64,000 nucleotides of DNA from a virus. The notes under the pieces are model-generated. The model did not search any database. It saw nothing but the letters and a program-made list of their open reading frames with translations, and was not told the origin of the DNA. The stretch spans positions 1 to 64,000 of IMG/VR virus record IMGVR_UViG_3300044620_000592, one strand, 5' to 3'. This document shows positions 18,522 through 27,872 of the stretch, piece after piece; position 1 is the stretch's first letter, and every line of letters starts with the position of its first letter. The position numbers were made by a program, and so were the translations under genes.

Positions 18522-19600
18522 CAGCCCTTAACCTCTTGTAAAATCTCTTCTGCTCTTTTAATGTATGGCTGGGATACTTTCTCCCAAGTCATATTCTCAT
18601 TAATATAAATAGCGCTCTCATATGTTCTCCGAGCAACTTCTTCGTAGTGCTCAGCAACATATAGCATCTTATCACATAAATCATCAAAGATTGGCTCCGC
18701 CCATTCACCACAGTTCTCATATCTTCCAAACATTCTCCATGTCCCCCATCTAAAATCAAGAGGGACAGACATATGAGCAAACTCTGTACAGGCTAATACA
18801 TTTGTGCAAATTGTTGGAATACCTTTTGCAATTGCTTGGAATGGAAGGTTACCCCATCCTTCTCCGCTAGTCGGATACAAGACGCAATCAGCCATGTCAA
18901 ATATTCTGCCGAGTTCTTCATGAGATACCTCTTCGTCAATAACTTCAATCTGAGGATGCCTAAGGCCATTGACTTCTCCATTGCGATAGATTCTGCCATC
19001 AGGATCTCCATTAGATTTATAAATTAAACGGTAGTTATCATTGCCCTCAAACATTCTTAAAAATGCATCAACAGACATCTGAGAATTCTTACGACTAGAA
19101 GGTGAGCCAATGGATAAGAATGTGAATGTTGAATGAGGAGTTCTTAGCTTTGGATAATAGATTGTTGGGTCAACACCTAACTTAAATTCATGGATAGGAA
19201 CGCGCACTCCGGAATTTTTAAATACCTTACGCATCTCTTCACTGCATGTCCAAACCTCATCCATATCATTGCATAGCCTTACCCAATGGTCAGGGAGTTT
19301 ATTTGTTTCCCAGAATGTAAAACCAACGGAATAAATCCGTGACTTAACAAAGGCTTCCGGTACGGAATGATTGATTACAATCTCTTCAGAACAGCTATCC
19401 TTTTCCATGTATCCAAAGCCAATTCCTTCCATTGCAGCAATTTCGGGTGGCACTTGAATCTTACCAATCTCTCCCCAATGCGTGGGCTTACTTCTACGGA
19501 TCGGCAATCCGCTTGTGCCAATAAAATCCCATAGACGGTCAGGCGTATAACCATAGCCCTCACTAAATTTTGGTATCTGATTATCAGACCATACCAGCAT
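18521..19600 (-). CDS. GT4-family glycosyltransferase
   Basis: FWET, RKN, YPTSGEGWGNLPFQAIAKGIPTI. Confidence 0.8.
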   Translation of the reverse strand: MLVWSDNQIPKFSEGYGYTPDRLWDFIGTSGLPIRRSKPTHWGEIGKIQVPPEIAAMEGIGFGYMEKDSCSEEIVINHSVPEAFVKSRIYSVGFTFWETNKLPDHWVRLCNDMDEVWTCSEEMRKVFKNSGVRVPIHEFKLGVDPTIYYPKLRTPHSTFTFLSIGSPSSRKNSQMSVDAFLRMFEGNDNYRLIYKSNGDPDGRIYRNGEVNGLRHPQIEVIDEEVSHEELGRIFDMADCVLYPTSGEGWGNLPFQAIAKGIPTICTNVLACTEFAHMSVPLDFRWGTWRMFGRYENCGEWAEPIFDDLCDKMLYVAEHYEEVARRTYESAIYINENMTWEKVSQPYIKRAEEILQEVKG

Positions 19601-22600
19601 TCTTTAATCCTTTCATGTCGATATATTTCTCAATCGGAATCATCGCTCGCTCATTTTCAATCTTGTATGAGTCCAAGCGTGTAAGCGTTTTCTTGTCTTC
19701 AATTTTAGCAAGTTTTGCAGCATACCAAGAGCCCTTTTTGATAATACTTTTCAGTTTTCCAAAGACTCCAGGAAAGACCACAATCTTAAAGATCTGTTTC
19801 CCATCCCAGCAATATAGGTTTGCCATATCCTTACCAGTCTGTGTTGTAAAGAATCTTGTATGGAAGATATACAACAGCGTCTTTTCGTTGTCAGCATCTC
19901 CCAACCCCGATGGATACAGCCACCCATAGTCATGCTCAAAGCCCTTAGCTCTCAACTTAATGAACTCATGTAGTGGTGAATCAATATAGTTAAAAGCGTC
20001 ACTAAATGAGTGAAGCGTTCTGTCACCGATAAGGGCATAGAGATAGTCTCTGACGGCCACCTCTGTATCACGCTCTGCAAACACCGTAGCCGAGCCTGAG
20101 GCATCTTCAAATTCAATACGGAGGTATTGTGGTGTTTTCTTAGTAGAACGAACGACAGCCTTAACCAGCGTCAATGGAGAGTTAATCTCATGGAAGTTTG
20201 CTATATCCTCTACGAATTCATCCATTTCGTTTCTATCCGAAACAATAGTGATGGGGAATCCTAAGATTGGGAGATAGTAACGCTCATGTTCGTATTGCGA
20301 TTCAAACCCGATTGATTTGAATGCACCTACCTTCTCTAAGTTTTCTTTAACATTGGATCTTACGGCTCTCTTAGAGCATTTGTTATTGAATTCATCGTAA
20401 GAGTTAAATGGTCGCTTAGAGACAATCTCATCAATGGCAGTTCTACCGCAAGCTTGGACATTACTCAGACCGAATCTAATACCCTCTTCTCCATCTTCAT
20501 GACCGATAGTAAAGTATTCATCTGACTCATTAATATCAGGAGGAAGAACCTTAACCCCAAGTCGTTGAGCATCCATAAGATAAGCAGTAATCTTATCTGT
20601 TGAATCTTCGTTGTACAGCAATGACCATACGAACTCAAGAGGATAATAAGTCTTTAACCACATTGTCTGATACGAAAGCATTGAATAAGCAACAGCATGA
20701 GACTTGTTAAACATATACAAGGCTGCTAATTCAAAGTCAGCCCAGATCTTCTCAGCCTTCTCTCTCGTAATATACTTGTTATTTACGAACTTCTCTTTAT
20801 ACTCATCAAATCCGGCAGCATCACGCTTCTTACCAATGATCTTACGAAGCTTGTCAGCCTCTGACCATGTGAAGTCAGCAATTAGTACAGCCATCTGCAT
20901 AAGTTGTTCCTGAAAGATAACCGTACCGTATGTTTCACGAAGAATATCTTCTACAATTGGGTGAGGATACTTAGGCTTCTTTTCACCCTTTTTGCATTCG
21001 ATATAAGTCTTACCCTGTGAAAGCAAAGCACCAGGGCGAACTAGAGCGTTGCTAACAACCAAGTCATTGAAATTATCAACGCCCATTCGTTCAATAAGAT
21101 TCCTGTAAGCAGCGGCATCAGTTTGGAATACGCCAACGGTATTACCTTCTGCAATATTCTTGTATACAAGGCTATCACCGAGTTCAAGAGATTCTTCTGT
21201 AACATCTTTTCCTGTTCTTTCTTTAATCTTTGCAATGCAGTCTTTAATGACTGATACAGTTTTAAGACCCAATACGTCAATCTTAATTAGACCGACTGCC
21301 TCAGCGTCTTCCATGTCAAATGCTGTAACGACAGATCGTACACCAGCATTAACATCTTTTCTAGATTCTACTGGGCACACATCAGTCAGCGGAATTGATG
21401 ACACAACCATCCCGGCAGCATGAATGCCAGCATTGCGAATACGACCTTCTAATCTCTTTGACAAGTTTGCAACATCGGGATACTTCTTACAGAAGATTTT
21501 TCCCTTATCAGATGTTTCAAGTTCTTCAAGAGTCTCAAAGTATGGAGTGATTGCGTTAATCTCTTGGAATGGAACTTGATAAACTCTGGACACATCTTTA
21601 ACAGCAGACTTAGGCTTGTATGTTCCATAAGTTGTAATAGCAGCTACCTTGTCATGTCCCCATCTATCACGAAGATAGTTTCTAACCTCACCTCTACGCT
21701 TGTCTTCAAAGTCTAAGTCAATGTCAGGGTAGTCATTACGGTCAGGGTTAATAAATCGGGCAAAGAGAAGGCTGTACTTAATAGGGTCAACCTTAGAAAT
21801 ATCTAAAAGATAGGCCAAGATACTTCCTCCAACAGAACCACGACCAGTACCACGACCAATGTTATTTTGGTCAGCCCATTTAACCAAGTCCCAAACAATT
21901 AAGAAGTAATCAGAAAACCCAAGTTGCTTAATGATTGAAAGTTCTTCTTCTAATCTTGCCTTGTACTCTTCACCAAGCCCTCTGCTTTGTAATTCAAATT
22001 CAGTAATCTCACGAAGGTAATCGTCAGAGTTAAATAATTTAGAATACTTTGGAAGAAGATTCTTTCTCTTCTCAACTCTTGCTGAACACTTCTCTGCTAC
22101 TTCAATTGTATTCTCTAAGAAGGATACATTTGAATATCCGGCATCCTGAAACCAACTGTGCACAGTATCGGCATCTGCGACATATGGATTAATCTCATCA
22201 AATCGCAATGAGCGATTTGGATACATCTTATTAATCTTATCCACAACAGACGCGCTAGGGTCATTAATGATTGCACTATTCTCTTTAGCCAATCTTTCTT
22301 CTGCTGCACCCATACTTGGATACTGAGAGACCATAAGAAGGACTTCTTCACAACCCCTATCTTCATGTGTTGGGAAATGGCAATCAGCAGTAGCAACAAC
22401 CTTTTTCCCAAAGTGTTCAGCAAGATCAATTAAACCATCATTGATGTGCTTAGGATTCCAAGCTTGTATCTCAAAGTAAAAGTCATCCTTAAAGATTTTA
22501 ATAAACCGCTCTGATAACTGCTCTGCTCTTGCGTAGTTTTTATTATCAATAGCCTTTGAAATAGCACTACCCATACAACCTGACAACGCAACAATGTCAT

Positions 22601-22985
22601 CATCTACAAGACTCTCAAGAAGGTCAAAGTCCATTCTTGGCTTGTAGTAAAAGTTGTCTGTCCAGCCAGTTCTTGAAGCCTTAAATAACTTCTGAAGGCC
22701 TTCATTATTCTTAGCCAAAAGAATAAGGTGATATCTCTCATGCTTACCGTCTCCATCTGAATTCACAGATGGAACAAAGTATGCTTCAATACCGAAGACA
22801 GGCTTTACATTTTGCTTATCGCAAGCATCTTGAAACTTTAAAACACCGCCCATTGTTCCATGATCGGTGATGGCAGTTGCGTACTGCCCATTACGGCTAG
22901 ATGTTCTAGCAATCTCCTCTGGAGTAGACATTCCATCGAGCAACGAATACTCTGAATGGCAATGTAAATGTACGAAATCAGTCAT
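19584..22985 (-). CDS. dnaE: DNA polymerase III alpha subunit (family C)
   Basis: PHP HLHCHSEYSLLDG, GRGSVGGS, PDIDLDF, KIDVLGL, FNKSHA; no intein-sized insertion. Confidence 0.96.
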   Translation of the reverse strand: MTDFVHLHCHSEYSLLDGMSTPEEIARTSSRNGQYATAITDHGTMGGVLKFQDACDKQNVKPVFGIEAYFVPSVNSDGDGKHERYHLILLAKNNEGLQKLFKASRTGWTDNFYYKPRMDFDLLESLVDDDIVALSGCMGSAISKAIDNKNYARAEQLSERFIKIFKDDFYFEIQAWNPKHINDGLIDLAEHFGKKVVATADCHFPTHEDRGCEEVLLMVSQYPSMGAAEERLAKENSAIINDPSASVVDKINKMYPNRSLRFDEINPYVADADTVHSWFQDAGYSNVSFLENTIEVAEKCSARVEKRKNLLPKYSKLFNSDDYLREITEFELQSRGLGEEYKARLEEELSIIKQLGFSDYFLIVWDLVKWADQNNIGRGTGRGSVGGSILAYLLDISKVDPIKYSLLFARFINPDRNDYPDIDLDFEDKRRGEVRNYLRDRWGHDKVAAITTYGTYKPKSAVKDVSRVYQVPFQEINAITPYFETLEELETSDKGKIFCKKYPDVANLSKRLEGRIRNAGIHAAGMVVSSIPLTDVCPVESRKDVNAGVRSVVTAFDMEDAEAVGLIKIDVLGLKTVSVIKDCIAKIKERTGKDVTEESLELGDSLVYKNIAEGNTVGVFQTDAAAYRNLIERMGVDNFNDLVVSNALVRPGALLSQGKTYIECKKGEKKPKYPHPIVEDILRETYGTVIFQEQLMQMAVLIADFTWSEADKLRKIIGKKRDAAGFDEYKEKFVNNKYITREKAEKIWADFELAALYMFNKSHAVAYSMLSYQTMWLKTYYPLEFVWSLLYNEDSTDKITAYLMDAQRLGVKVLPPDINESDEYFTIGHEDGEEGIRFGLSNVQACGRTAIDEIVSKRPFNSYDEFNNKCSKRAVRSNVKENLEKVGAFKSIGFESQYEHERYYLPILGFPITIVSDRNEMDEFVEDIANFHEINSPLTLVKAVVRSTKKTPQYLRIEFEDASGSATVFAERDTEVAVRDYLYALIGDRTLHSFSDAFNYIDSPLHEFIKLRAKGFEHDYGWLYPSGLGDADNEKTLLYIFHTRFFTTQTGKDMANLYCWDGKQIFKIVVFPGVFGKLKSIIKKGSWYAAKLAKIEDKKTLTRLDSYKIENERAMIPIEKYIDMKGLKNAGMV

Positions 22986-23514
22986 CTATCTTCAATTCTA
23001 ATAGGCTTCCAATTGTTGGAAGCTCTTCCCAATATGGCTCATTGTACCATGCTCTTCTAAGATAGGCGTTCACGCCTTCATCTAATAAAGTTTTTACTTC
23101 ATTAGGGTTATCTTCAACCATAAACAATGGATTGATTTCTTTAATCACATGGTGTTTCTCACCCATCTTGCAGAAAATTGGAATCATTGTATTAATCTTC
23201 CATTCATCAAGCCATTGTTGAGTGACACTCATAGAGGCTTCTGCTCTTCTTGCAGTGACGATATAAACATCGTATCCTCTGCTAAACCAGTCGTTAACTT
23301 GATGCCAAGCATCTTCAAAAGGCTTAAGGTTTTTCCAGAAAACACTTGTGCCCATCATCTCATTTGATAATTCACAATCATGATGTGTTGTTAACCATTT
23401 TGTATAGTCATAGTCATTCTTCGCAAAACCGTATTGATTGACTAAAGACTCTTCTATCGCACCACCAATGTCTGCGATTACACCATCTAAATCTAATGCT
23501 ATATTTTTTGTCAT
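22978..23514 (-). CDS. HAD-superfamily 5'(3')-nucleotidase (NT5C-like)
   Basis: ALDLDGVIAD, VTAR, K, VEDNP. Confidence 0.8.
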   Translation of the reverse strand: MTKNIALDLDGVIADIGGAIEESLVNQYGFAKNDYDYTKWLTTHHDCELSNEMMGTSVFWKNLKPFEDAWHQVNDWFSRGYDVYIVTARRAEASMSVTQQWLDEWKINTMIPIFCKMGEKHHVIKEINPLFMVEDNPNEVKTLLDEGVNAYLRRAWYNEPYWEELPTIGSLLELKIDD

Positions 23515-23518
23515 ATAA

Positions 23519-23552
23519 ATAAGGAACAGGGGAGGCTTTTACCCCTCCCCTG
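23519..23552 (-). terminator. Intrinsic terminator after ssb
   Basis: Stem CAGGGGAGG/CCTCCCCTG followed on the minus strand by TTCCTTATTT. Confidence 0.75.
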
Positions 23553-23568
23553 CATCACTTTCTGTTAT

Positions 23569-24216
23569 TTACCACTCGTCTTTTGAAATTTCACCAGTGG
23601 TGAAAAAACGCTCTTGCTTATCGTATGGCAATGTCAAATATACATTGTCAAGATCATGCATTGGCAATTCTGCAATATCCTTTGGTGTTTCTGAAACACT
23701 CAATGGAATAAGGCTATAGTTGGTATCTGAAGCACCCGAACCTGTACGAGAATACTTGTACTCTCTATCGGTAATGCTACCAAATTCCTTTGCGTATTCA
23801 ATCAAGATTGCACCGATATGGCGCTGATTAAATGTTGTGTCAATAATGCGTGGTTCCCAAACTCCCGGCTCAACCTCAACTGCAACATTGATGACTAAGT
23901 GAGTCTTAGGCTTCCAAGCCTTATCCTTGTAAACTTGCTCTGAACCCCAGCAACGGAATCCGAACTTCTCAATTCCGGAAGTTGAAGCTGCTCGCCACTT
24001 CCAGTTAATTGGGGATGTAATAACGGGAACCATAATGCCTGTTCCGAACTTCTCATCGTAGTTCTTAGCATCTTCGGTAAGTTCCTGACGGAAGCGAACC
24101 TTAATGGATTCTCCTGATTGGATAGTTAGGTACTTCTTAGTACCAGTCTTGTTTGCTCCTTGTGCTGGTGCAACTGACTTTTCTAACTCTGATAGTGTTT
24201 TTACTGATTTAAACAT
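23569..24216 (-). CDS. Single-stranded DNA-binding protein (gp32-like)
   Basis: IKVRF...YSRTGSGASDTNYSL, C-terminal DEW, position between primase and polymerase, own terminator. Confidence 0.65.
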   Translation of the reverse strand: MFKSVKTLSELEKSVAPAQGANKTGTKKYLTIQSGESIKVRFRQELTEDAKNYDEKFGTGIMVPVITSPINWKWRAASTSGIEKFGFRCWGSEQVYKDKAWKPKTHLVINVAVEVEPGVWEPRIIDTTFNQRHIGAILIEYAKEFGSITDREYKYSRTGSGASDTNYSLIPLSVSETPKDIAELPMHDLDNVYLTLPYDKQERFFTTGEISKDEW

Positions 24217-24230
24217 TGTTTATACCTTCC

Positions 24231-25175
24231 TTATATATGTATTTTTTTGTTTGTTAATGTATTTATTATTTCTTCTTGTGTCATCTCTCCTGCATCCTTT
24301 TTGTCCGCAGGCAATTCCACTGTGTAGAGTTCTTTACCACTACACGCATTGAGTATATCATGTTTCATCTGCTCACCAGCAGCATCATTGTCAGAAAATA
24401 TAGTGATTGAATCAAAGTATCTTCTCATCAATTTATATTGGTATTCCGACACTCTTGAGCCAAGTGTAGCAACGACATTGGGGAATCCAGCCTGATGAAT
24501 GAACATCGCATCAATACTGCCTTCCACAATTATGCATGAGTTATACGCTTTAGCATTCTGAATATTAAATAATACATCGGCTCTTTTAAAGCCTTTGTTG
24601 TATAAGTATCTTGGCTCTTGTTCGCTTTTTACTGCACGACCAATAAAGCCAACTAACTTATATTGTGCATCCCTAACGGGAATAACAACTCTTTCTTTTG
24701 GCATTGAATAACCAACTTCAAATGTCTCCAAGGTTTCGTATTCTAGGCCTCTCTCGGAAAGTGTTATCAGATTAGATAACATGTCCTGATTGTCATAGTC
24801 TATTTCAACATCGGAAATATTCAGTTGGTCTTTCTCCCCCTCTTCATAGTTCAAATCTCTGTCAATAGTATTCTGAAGAGCTTGATGGTCGAGCTTTATA
24901 TCCTTTGTAAACGGCTTACCAGTAACTTGCTTATAGAGTTGTCTAAAGTTACCTTTCTTACCGCATGAGGGGTTAAAGCATTGCCATAAGCCAGTCTTAA
25001 TATTAATGTAGAAAGCCGGACTATGAAGGTTCTTATGGAAGGGGCAAAAGATATTTACTTCATTCATACCCTCTGAATGGATATGAATGTTGTAGTTATC
25101 AAATAACTCCCTAATATTCCGTTCAATATTACTTGATGAAGTATAGTTTGAATTTGAAAATGTTTGATTGCGCAT
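24231..25175 (-). CDS. dnaG: DNA primase
   Basis: CHC2 zinc finger CPFH...CFNPSC; Toprim VEGSIDA, FSDNDAAG, KDAGE. Confidence 0.9.
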   Translation of the reverse strand: MRNQTFSNSNYTSSSNIERNIRELFDNYNIHIHSEGMNEVNIFCPFHKNLHSPAFYINIKTGLWQCFNPSCGKKGNFRQLYKQVTGKPFTKDIKLDHQALQNTIDRDLNYEEGEKDQLNISDVEIDYDNQDMLSNLITLSERGLEYETLETFEVGYSMPKERVVIPVRDAQYKLVGFIGRAVKSEQEPRYLYNKGFKRADVLFNIQNAKAYNSCIIVEGSIDAMFIHQAGFPNVVATLGSRVSEYQYKLMRRYFDSITIFSDNDAAGEQMKHDILNACSGKELYTVELPADKKDAGEMTQEEIINTLTNKKIHI

Positions 25176-25317
25176 CGTAGTCTGTTGTTAAATTAGTCTT
25201 GGTAAAGTTTCCGTGTACTTGTTTCCACTCATCCTCTATCCACTTTCTTAATCTTACAATTGTCTCAATGTCCTGTGCTTCGCCAGCGACAAACTTCTTA
25301 GGCATTATAGCTCCCAT
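25129..25317 (-). CDS. Hypothetical protein
   Basis: 62-aa ORF between helicase and primase. Confidence 0.55.
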   Translation of the reverse strand: MGAIMPKKFVAGEAQDIETIVRLRKWIEDEWKQVHGNFTKTNLTTDYDAQSNIFKFKLYFIK

Positions 25318-26522
25318 TCTTCATTCCACTTTCCTGTTTCAAGGTTCCATCTTAGATAGAAACCAAAATGTGTTGATCTTCTTACTTTTCTTGATACTAC
25401 TTGGAATACATCTGAATTGTATTCACGGTGAATTGCTAACACTAGGTCAGCGTCATAAGCTAATTGCTTACTCCATGCAACTTCTTCAAGTTCAGGCGGT
25501 CTTTCCGCATGTCCTTCATTCATTGTTACTGCTGCTACGTCAATGATTGGAATACCATTCTTAACAGCAATACGCTTGAATGCTTTAGACAAGTTCTTGG
25601 CCTTCTCTGTTTCAGTTTTTGCACCACTTGCATCGTCAAACAAACCATGATAGTCAAGGATTACCATGTCAGGGCGATACTGGTCAATCTTTGCTTGAAC
25701 CATATTCTGGTCGGCAGTCTCAAGACCTTCTGAAGTAACCAAATAGATTGGGTGCTTACCTTCAAATGTCTTCTCAGCCCATTTCTCATATCCGTCAACG
25801 ATTCCTCGGTTAGCCTTAACAAGATCGGTATTTGTAAAGTGACCTTCTCCATTGTTTAACAATGTATCAAGTCGCTGTCCTTCTTGCTGTTTATTCATTT
25901 CCAATGAAATGATAAGCGGTCTATAGCCAGCCCTCCACGCATTAGCAGCAAATAAGCGAGCAATAAAACTTTTACCAACGCCTGTCCATCCTAAAAGGAT
26001 AACAAAGTCTCCCGGTTGCCAACCACCAAACGATTTATCAAGGACACTAATGCCACTTGGAATACCAGGGATATCCCTAGCTTCCTGCATTGATCTCTCA
26101 CGCAAATCTCCAGCTCTGTCTTTCCACTCACCTACTAAGTCAGTATCTTTTAGACTGCTGGAGAATTTATAGAGTTGCGATGTTGATTGCATTAGATATG
26201 CCATCGCCTCTTTTGGTCCCATATCTTTAAGCATGTTATTAGCTTTAGAGATAATTTGCCGTGTCTGATAAGAAAGTGATTCTTTCTTAGCCTCAATCAA
26301 GTAATAAGAAAGAGGTTCAGGGGTGTTGATAAATTCAAAGTCAGGATAATGATGTTTTACAGTATCCTTAGATGGAGTCTTTTTATGTTCATCATAATGC
26401 TGAATAATAAAGTTCCAAATATCACGGTATTCAATGAAGACATTTTCAATGCCATCATTTACAGCCTCTACATAATTGCCAGAATTAAGCAACGAGTTAA
26501 TAACTCTTAACTCATAATTCAT
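25305..26522 (-). CDS. dnaB: DnaB-like replicative helicase
   Basis: Walker A GWTGVGKS, ISLEM, ILDY, YDADLV. Confidence 0.9.
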   Translation of the reverse strand: MNYELRVINSLLNSGNYVEAVNDGIENVFIEYRDIWNFIIQHYDEHKKTPSKDTVKHHYPDFEFINTPEPLSYYLIEAKKESLSYQTRQIISKANNMLKDMGPKEAMAYLMQSTSQLYKFSSSLKDTDLVGEWKDRAGDLRERSMQEARDIPGIPSGISVLDKSFGGWQPGDFVILLGWTGVGKSFIARLFAANAWRAGYRPLIISLEMNKQQEGQRLDTLLNNGEGHFTNTDLVKANRGIVDGYEKWAEKTFEGKHPIYLVTSEGLETADQNMVQAKIDQYRPDMVILDYHGLFDDASGAKTETEKAKNLSKAFKRIAVKNGIPIIDVAAVTMNEGHAERPPELEEVAWSKQLAYDADLVLAIHREYNSDVFQVVSRKVRRSTHFGFYLRWNLETGKWNEEWEL

Positions 26523-26820
26523 CTGTCATTCTCTTTCTTGTTTCATCTAATATCTCTTTAAAGCGCATATCAGATTTGTTATTAAATTGGACTCTATCAA
26601 TATATGTTTTTGATTCAATTGCAAAATCAAACACTAAAACAGGGCCGGTTCTTGCCTTGACAAAAGATTCAACTGCCTTAAACAAAAGGTCTGATTCATA
26701 GAATTCAGATATTGCTTTTGCAACTGGCTCTTGTCGTGGAGAATCCGGAATGAATAGTTTATTGTATTTTTTGCAACAATCCTGGAAATATAGAATCGTC
26801 TGTTCTCCAGTTGCTTTCAT
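26512..26820 (-). CDS. Hypothetical protein
   Basis: 102-aa ORF upstream of helicase. Confidence 0.65.
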   Translation of the reverse strand: MKATGEQTILYFQDCCKKYNKLFIPDSPRQEPVAKAISEFYESDLLFKAVESFVKARTGPVLVFDFAIESKTYIDRVQFNNKSDMRFKEILDETRKRMTDEL

Positions 26821-27061
26821 CTTCTTCTGTTACTTTCTTCCAAGAGTGTAGCAGGTAATCATACTCTGATATACCTGCTACCACTCCAATAAATGAATCA
26901 TTCTTGAATGCCATTATCAGGCATTCTTTTCTTACATTGCATTTTGCACATCCTTTTTTTGCATACTCAATATCATCAAGATTATATGAAACCCATTTTG
27001 GTGAATTGGTATCAGATGCACAAACTGCTTCGTCTTTCCAATTACTTAGAAGTTCCATCAT
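26759..27061 (-). CDS. whiB: WhiB-family Fe-S transcriptional regulator
   Basis: W..EAVC...AKKGCAKCNVRKECL...GVVAG (4 Cys plus G[VI]WGG-like turn). Confidence 0.8.
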   Translation of the reverse strand: MMELLSNWKDEAVCASDTNSPKWVSYNLDDIEYAKKGCAKCNVRKECLIMAFKNDSFIGVVAGISEYDYLLHSWKKVTEEDESNWRTDDSIFPGLLQKIQ

Positions 27062-27245
27062 CCAGTTCTTTTAGTTTTGCTTCGATCTGCATATCAATTG
27101 CATCCCAAAGCTTCTTCCAAGCACTTTCATCTTCCAATGATACTGCCATTGTCTTTGCTCCTGCATCGAGTCTCAGCGATTCATAATTGCCGAGGTTCTT
27201 GGTAATACCAAGGGATGCCCAAATTTCAACTTTATCTTCTGCCAT
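27042..27245 (-). CDS. Conserved phage hypothetical protein
   Basis: SLGITKNLGNYESLRLD. Confidence 0.7.
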   Translation of the reverse strand: MAEDKVEIWASLGITKNLGNYESLRLDAGAKTMAVSLEDESAWKKLWDAIDMQIEAKLKELDDGTSK

Positions 27246-27252
27246 AATTACC

Positions 27253-27687
27253 TCAGAATTTTAATTTTACTTTCTCTTGAATTGATTTAATTTTTGAGTT
27301 TAAATCAATGTTGTTTTTTTGTACTGGTCTACCGGGGGTTCTATCATTGAAGAATTCAATCATCTCATAAATGTCCGATTCTTCATAGTATCGCCAACTT
27401 TGGTAACTTTGATACTTCTCACCAAATTTATTTGGTGATGGTATCAAATTCTTTTTCTCATACTTTCTTAGAGTATCAGATCTTTTTTCTACAATCTTGG
27501 CGACCTCTCCGACAGTATACAAGCGAATGAGTAATATTTCGCACTGCTCGTATGGTATCAGGATTGCTTCGCCATTATCAATCCGCTCAGCAAAAATCTT
27601 ATTTGATGATTTACTGATTTTTTTTATCTTGACGATTGTATCTGAATATTTATAAAACTTATTCAGAACTGGTTTTTTTGTTATCAT
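27253..27687 (-). CDS. MerR-type HTH DNA-binding protein
   Basis: YTVGEVAKIVEKRSDTLRKYEKKNLIP...WRYY. Confidence 0.8.
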   Translation of the reverse strand: MITKKPVLNKFYKYSDTIVKIKKISKSSNKIFAERIDNGEAILIPYEQCEILLIRLYTVGEVAKIVEKRSDTLRKYEKKNLIPSPNKFGEKYQSYQSWRYYEESDIYEMIEFFNDRTPGRPVQKNNIDLNSKIKSIQEKVKLKF

Positions 27688-27871
27688 TAATAACCACCTT
27701 TTCTTGCTTTAGCTTTTTTAAAAATTTATTGAGTTTATCAAGTTCAATATCTTTTGAATGACTACATACAACACATGTAATGTCTACATAATAAGAGCCA
27801 TGTGCATAATACGGAGACCCAATAAACTTAGGTCCACCACATGTAGCGCACTTAAGCCTTAAAGTTTTCAT
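27659..27871 (-). CDS. Zinc-ribbon protein
   Basis: CATCGG...CVVCS. Confidence 0.7.
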   Translation of the reverse strand: MKTLRLKCATCGGPKFIGSPYYAHGSYYVDITCVVCSHSKDIELDKLNKFLKKLKQEKVVINDNKKTSSE

Positions 27872-27872
27872 A

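Noticed and set aside
19584-22985. Possible intein or intron in dnaE (also checked terL, dnaB, recA)
   Set aside because: Lengths are ordinary and no intein splice or LAGLIDADG motifs were seen
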